A stretch of 64,000 nucleotides of DNA from Dendrobates tinctorius (taxonomy: Eukaryota). A model generated the notes under the pieces. That model saw nothing but the letters and a program-made list of their open reading frames with translations, made no database searches and had not been told where the DNA came from. The position numbers and the translations under genes are program-made. This document shows, piece by piece, positions 59,789-64,000 of the stretch; positions within the stretch are counted from its first letter, which is position 1, and each line of letters begins with the position of its first letter. The DNA is taken from NCBI RefSeq assembly GCF_039654945.1, contig NW_027361924.1, positions 4,154,001 through 4,218,000 on the forward strand, written 5' to 3'.

Positions 59789-61275
59789 ATGCCTAACTCT
59801 AAGGCTGAGCGTGGCCGTCCGCCGGCCCCCACGGGCTCTTTAGTCCAGTTCTTCACATGCTCCTCTTGCAATCGCAAACTTCCCTCAGGTCAGCCTACTC
59901 CCCTCTGCCTGGACTGCAGCAATCCCATTCAGCAAGACCCCGTCCAGGAGCCATCTATTGCGTCACGTGGAAGCGATCCCCCATTCCTGGTTGGGCCTCG
60001 TCTCTTTCACAATCTGTGGCAGACCTCACCAGGGTGTCTCAGTCCCTAGTAGCCGTCCTTGATAAGTTACCCCTGGACGCTTCTGCAGGGTCCAGCAGGT
60101 CACATGAAGCTCCATCTGAGCCAGCCAGCAGAAGCCGCAAAAGGCCCAGACAGGATCTCCGGCCGGGATCCCCTCCTGGCCTCACATCCCCAAATAGTCC
60201 TTCCCAGCAGTCGCCCTCCCGTGCCTCCTCACCCGAGCCAGGTGAAGCGTTCTCGGATTTGTCATCCGAAGAGATCTTAGAGCTGGATTCGGACCAGGAC
60301 GCGGACATGAAGGTTACGGTACAGAACCTCATTGCTGCGATTAACCAGACCTTCGAAATCTCAGACTCCCCTGCGAAATCCTCAGAACAGGAGGTTTCAT
60401 TCAGACGGCCAGAAACACCTTCCAGGGTCTTCGCCTCCCACTCTGAGTTTGGCAAGATCCTTACCAGGGAAAGAGAAAATCCAACCAGGCGCTTTCAAAG
60501 AGGGAGGCGCCTCAGCGTGCTGTACCCGTTTGCCAAAGAGCTCACCGACAACTGGTCTGCTTCCCCCTCGGTAGACGCACCCGTGTCCAGACTTTCTAAC
60601 AACACGGGCCTCCCGATTTCAGGTGTGGCGTCACTAAAGGATTCTAATGATAGAATTATAGAATCTTTAGCAAAGTCAACATTCGAAGCGGCTTCAGCAG
60701 TGCTAAGCCCAGCCTTTGCTTCATCTTGGGTAGCGAAGGCCATAGCCACTTGGGCAGAGGATCTCCGCAAGGGCATCGTAGATAAAGCCCAACCAGAGCA
60801 ATTGGCCGAACTGGCCAACCAGATCTCTCGTGCAGGGGATTATCTGCTCTCTGCCTCCTTGGATGTCGCGTCTTGCGCAGTTCAGGCGTCAAGCAACGTG
60901 GTAGCAATCCGACGTACAATTTGTCTCAAGGCTTGGCAGGCGGATTTGTCTTCAAAAAAGTCCCTTACCAATCTGCCTTTTCAGGGAGCGCGTCTCTTCG
61001 GATCCTAGCTGAACCAGATTATTAAGGACGCCACTGGGGGCACGAGTTCCCTCCTCCCTCAGTCCAAGCCTCGTAGACCTCTGCTAAGACGTCAGTTTCG
61101 GCCCTTTCGGACTTTCCGCCTCTTCAATGCGGCAGACAACTTCTCTAACCAACAGAGACCGCAGGCACGCCAGGATAGAAAAAAGGTGTCCTTCAGACCC
61201 ACTCCCTCCTGGCGATCTCACAACTCCCAGGGCAGATCCTCCAGATCCAGATCTGGACGGTCCACATCTGCATGA
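59789..61275 (+). pseudogene. DIRS1 ORF1 (gag-like), disrupted
   Basis: N-terminal CSSC...CLDC; SVDAPVSRLS, LKDSNDR, KAWQADLSSKKSLTNLPFQGARLFG; frameshift near 59.98 kb and TAG at 61006-61008. Confidence 0.8.
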
Positions 61276-61907
61276 CTATCAACGAACTCCCGAGGGTCCT
61301 TACCAATTGGGAGGTCAACTCCTTTTCTTCAGAGACGTCTGGCTTGCCTCAGTAGAGTACCCTTGGGTCAGGGAAGTTGTATCATCAGGATACAAGATAG
61401 AGTTCGTTTCTCGTCCCCGGGATCGTTTCTTCGAGTCCCGACCTCCAAAAGATCCTGCCTTAGTTCCGGGGTTCTTTGCGTCCATCGCCTCTCTCCTCAC
61501 TTCTGGAGTGATTGTGCCCGTTCCCGAATCAGAACGTTTCACAGGGTTTTATTCAAACCTGTTCGTGGTGCCGAAAAAAGGCGGTACAGTTCGCCCCATC
61601 TTGGACCTCAAGTTACTCAACAAGAGAGTCCGACTGCATCATTTCCGAATGGAGTCTCTTCGGTCGGTAATCGCTTCCATGGAAACACAGGAGTTCATGT
61701 GTTCAATAGACATTCAAGATGCATATCTACATGTTCCCATATTCTCCGGCCATCAGAAATTCCTGCGTTTCACCATTCGCCAGGAACACTACCAGTTTGC
61801 ACTGCCGTTCGGTCTCGCCACCGCACCCAGAGTATTTAAAAAGATCATGGTGGCGTTGATGGCCTTGTTGAGAATCAGAGGTCTCGTTCTTTTTCCGTAC
61901 CTCGACG
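61127..61907 (+). pseudogene. DIRS1 reverse transcriptase, interrupted at YLDD
   Basis: GYKIEF, GFYSNLFVVPKKGGTVRPILDLK, FRMESL, IDIQDAYLHVPI, LPFGLATAPRVF, PYLD then an insertion. Confidence 0.9.
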
Positions 61908-64000
61908 CACTGGCGTAGCGCTGGGGGGGGCGGTCCGCCCCAGGCGGCATGTGTGTGGGGGCGGCGCGGCAGCAGCAATTCCACCCTGCAGTGCAGTGCA
62001 GCGGTGGGCAGGGAGCGATGCGATCACGGCAGCTCCGCTGCCTGCAAGAGTGAATAGCAGGAGCGGAGCGGCAAGGGTCCGTCCTGCTTCCTGCCCGGAG
62101 GCCGCGCTTCCTGTTTCACACAGAGGAGCGCCGATGAATGACGTCATCATTCAGCGGCCGCTGCTGTGTGAGGGAGGAAGCGCTGGCGATGCTGCGGACA
62201 GGTGAGAGGAGAGAGGTGGTGTCTTGTGTGTATGTATGTGTGTATGTATGTATGTCTGTCTCTGTGTGTGTGTATGTCTGTGTGTATGATGGAGCAGGCA
62301 GTGATGGGAGTGATGGTCTAGAAGGCAGTGATGGGGTGAAGGAGCAGACAATGATGGGGGTGATGGAGAAGGCAGTGATGGGGTGATGGAGCAGGCAGTG
62401 ATGGGAGTGATGGAGCAGGCAGTGATGGGGGTGATGGAGCAGGCAGTGATGGGGGTGATGGAGCAGGCAGTGATGGGGTGATGGAGCAGGCAGTGATGGG
62501 GTGATGGAGCAGACAATGATGGGGTGATGGAGCAGGCAGTGATGGGGTGATGGAGCAGGCAGTGATGGGGTGATGGAGCAGACAATGATGGGGTGATGGA
62601 GCAGACAATGATGGGGTGATGGAGCAGGCAGTGATGGGGTGATGGAGCAGACAATGATGGGGTGATGGAGCAGACAATGATGGGGGTGATGGAGAAGGCA
62701 GTGATGGGGTGATGGAGCAGGCAGTGATGGGAGTGATGGAGCAGGCAGTGATGGGGTGATGGAGCAGGCAGTGATGGAGCAGACAATGATGGGGTGATGG
62801 AGCAGACAATGATGGGGTGATGGAGCAGGCAGTGATGGGGTGATGGAGCAGACAATGATGGGGTGATGGAGCAGACAATGATGGGGGTGATGGAGAAGGC
62901 AGTGATGGGGTGATGGAGCAGGCAGTGATGGGAGTGATGGAGCAGGCAGTGATGGGGGTGATGGAGCAGGCAGTGATGGGGTGATGGAGCAGGCAGTGAT
63001 GGGGTGATGGAGCAGACAATGATGGGGTGATGGAGCAGGCAGTGATGGGGTGATGGAGCAGGCAGTGATGGGGTGATGGAGCAGACAATGATGGGGTGAT
63101 GGAGCAGACAATGATGGGGTGATGGAGCAGGCAGTGATGGGGTGATGGAGCAGACAATGATGGGGTGATGGAGCAGGCAGTGATGGGGTGATAGAGCAGA
63201 CAATGATGGGGTGATGGAGAAGGCAGTGATGGGGTGATGGAGCAGACAATGATGGGGTGATGGAGCAGGCAGTTATGGGGTGATGGAGCAGGCAGTGATG
63301 GGGTGATGGAGCAGACAATGATGGGGTGATGGAGCAGGCAGTGATGGGGTGATGGAGCAGGCAGTGATGGGGTGATAGAGCAGACAATGATGGGGTGATG
63401 GAGAAGACAATGATGGGGTGATGGAGCAGGCAGTGAGGGGAGTGATGGGGGTGATGGAGCAGGCAATGATGGGGTGATGGAGCAGACAATTATGGGAGTG
63501 ATGGAGCAGGCAGTGATGGGGTGATGGAGCAGACAATGATGGGAGTGATGGGGGTGATGGAGCAGGCAATGATGGGGGTGATGGAGCAGGCAGTGATGGG
63601 GTGATGGAGAAGGCAGTGATGGGGTGATGGAGAAGGCAGTGATGGGGTGATGGAGAAGGCAATGATGGGAGTGATGGGGTGATGGAGCAGGCAATGATGG
63701 GGGTGATGGAGAAGGCAGTGATGGGGTGATGGAGAAGGCAGTGATGGGGAGAAGACAATGATGGGGTGATGGGGAGAAGGCAGTGATGGGGTGATAATGA
63801 TGGCAATGATGGGGGTGATGGAGCAGGCAATGATGGGGGTGATGGAGCAGGCAATGATGGGGGTGATGGAGCAGGCAATGATGGGAGTGATGGGGTGATG
63901 GAGCAGGCAATGATGGGAGTGATGGGGAGAAGGCAGTGATGGGGTGATGGAGAAGGCAGTGATGGGGAGAAGACAATGATGGGGTGATGGTCGAGAGGGC
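61908..64000. mobile_element. Probable hAT-type non-autonomous element with a long internal minisatellite; runs off the window
   Basis: Starts CACTGGCGTAGCGCTGGGGGGG (CAGTGGCGTA-like TIR) exactly where the RT frame breaks; the far end is not visible. Confidence 0.6.
62287..64000. repeat. 23-27-bp minisatellite (GATGGAGCAGGCAGTGATGGGGT / GATGGAGCAGACAATGATGGGGT)
   Basis: More than 60 variant units; source of the spurious HHCLLHHP ORFs. Confidence 0.96.

Larger units (their letters stand above)
58638..61907 (+). mobile_element. DIRS1-like tyrosine-recombinase retrotransposon (5' part) in a TOP3A intron
   Basis: 5' terminus TTTCTCTATCGCTTCATTGGGGGACACAG; gag-like ORF1 followed by an overlapping RT ORF with DIRS-typical motifs. 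Confidence 0.9.

Noticed and set aside
62116-63976. His/Pro/Cys-rich ORFs up to 552 aa
   Set aside because: Reverse translations of the GATGGAGCAG minisatellite.

Overview
Vertebrate genomic DNA, almost certainly an anuran (hyloid-type) frog judging by its repeat families (inference). Host genes: a complete SHMT1 (+, 11 coding exons, 484 aa), a complete SMCR8 (-, 2 coding exons, 882 aa) and the 5' part of TOP3A (+, first 3 coding exons) sharing a bidirectional promoter with SMCR8. A further unidentified minus-strand gene probably starts at a CpG island near 29 kb. The rest is largely repeats: about nine minisatellite/satellite arrays, a 7.9-kb Tx1-clade LINE inserted in an 86-bp satellite, a DD38E Tc1-like transposon inside a four-level nest, a DIRS1 retrotransposon, a Gypsy remnant and many MITEs. 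The most striking signal has no ORF. Two different ~330-350-bp non-coding insertions (10.8-11.2 kb and 37.9-38.5 kb) each carry a type I hammerhead ribozyme with a palindromic stem III, plus a shared snRNA-type promoter module (tandem octamer + SPH/ZNF143 site). Both are circularly permuted, and the first has terminal redundancy and a clear target-site duplication. They look like newt-satellite-2-like, self-promoting retrozymes that move via circular or multimeric RNA. All coordinates were read by eye and no database searches were run.
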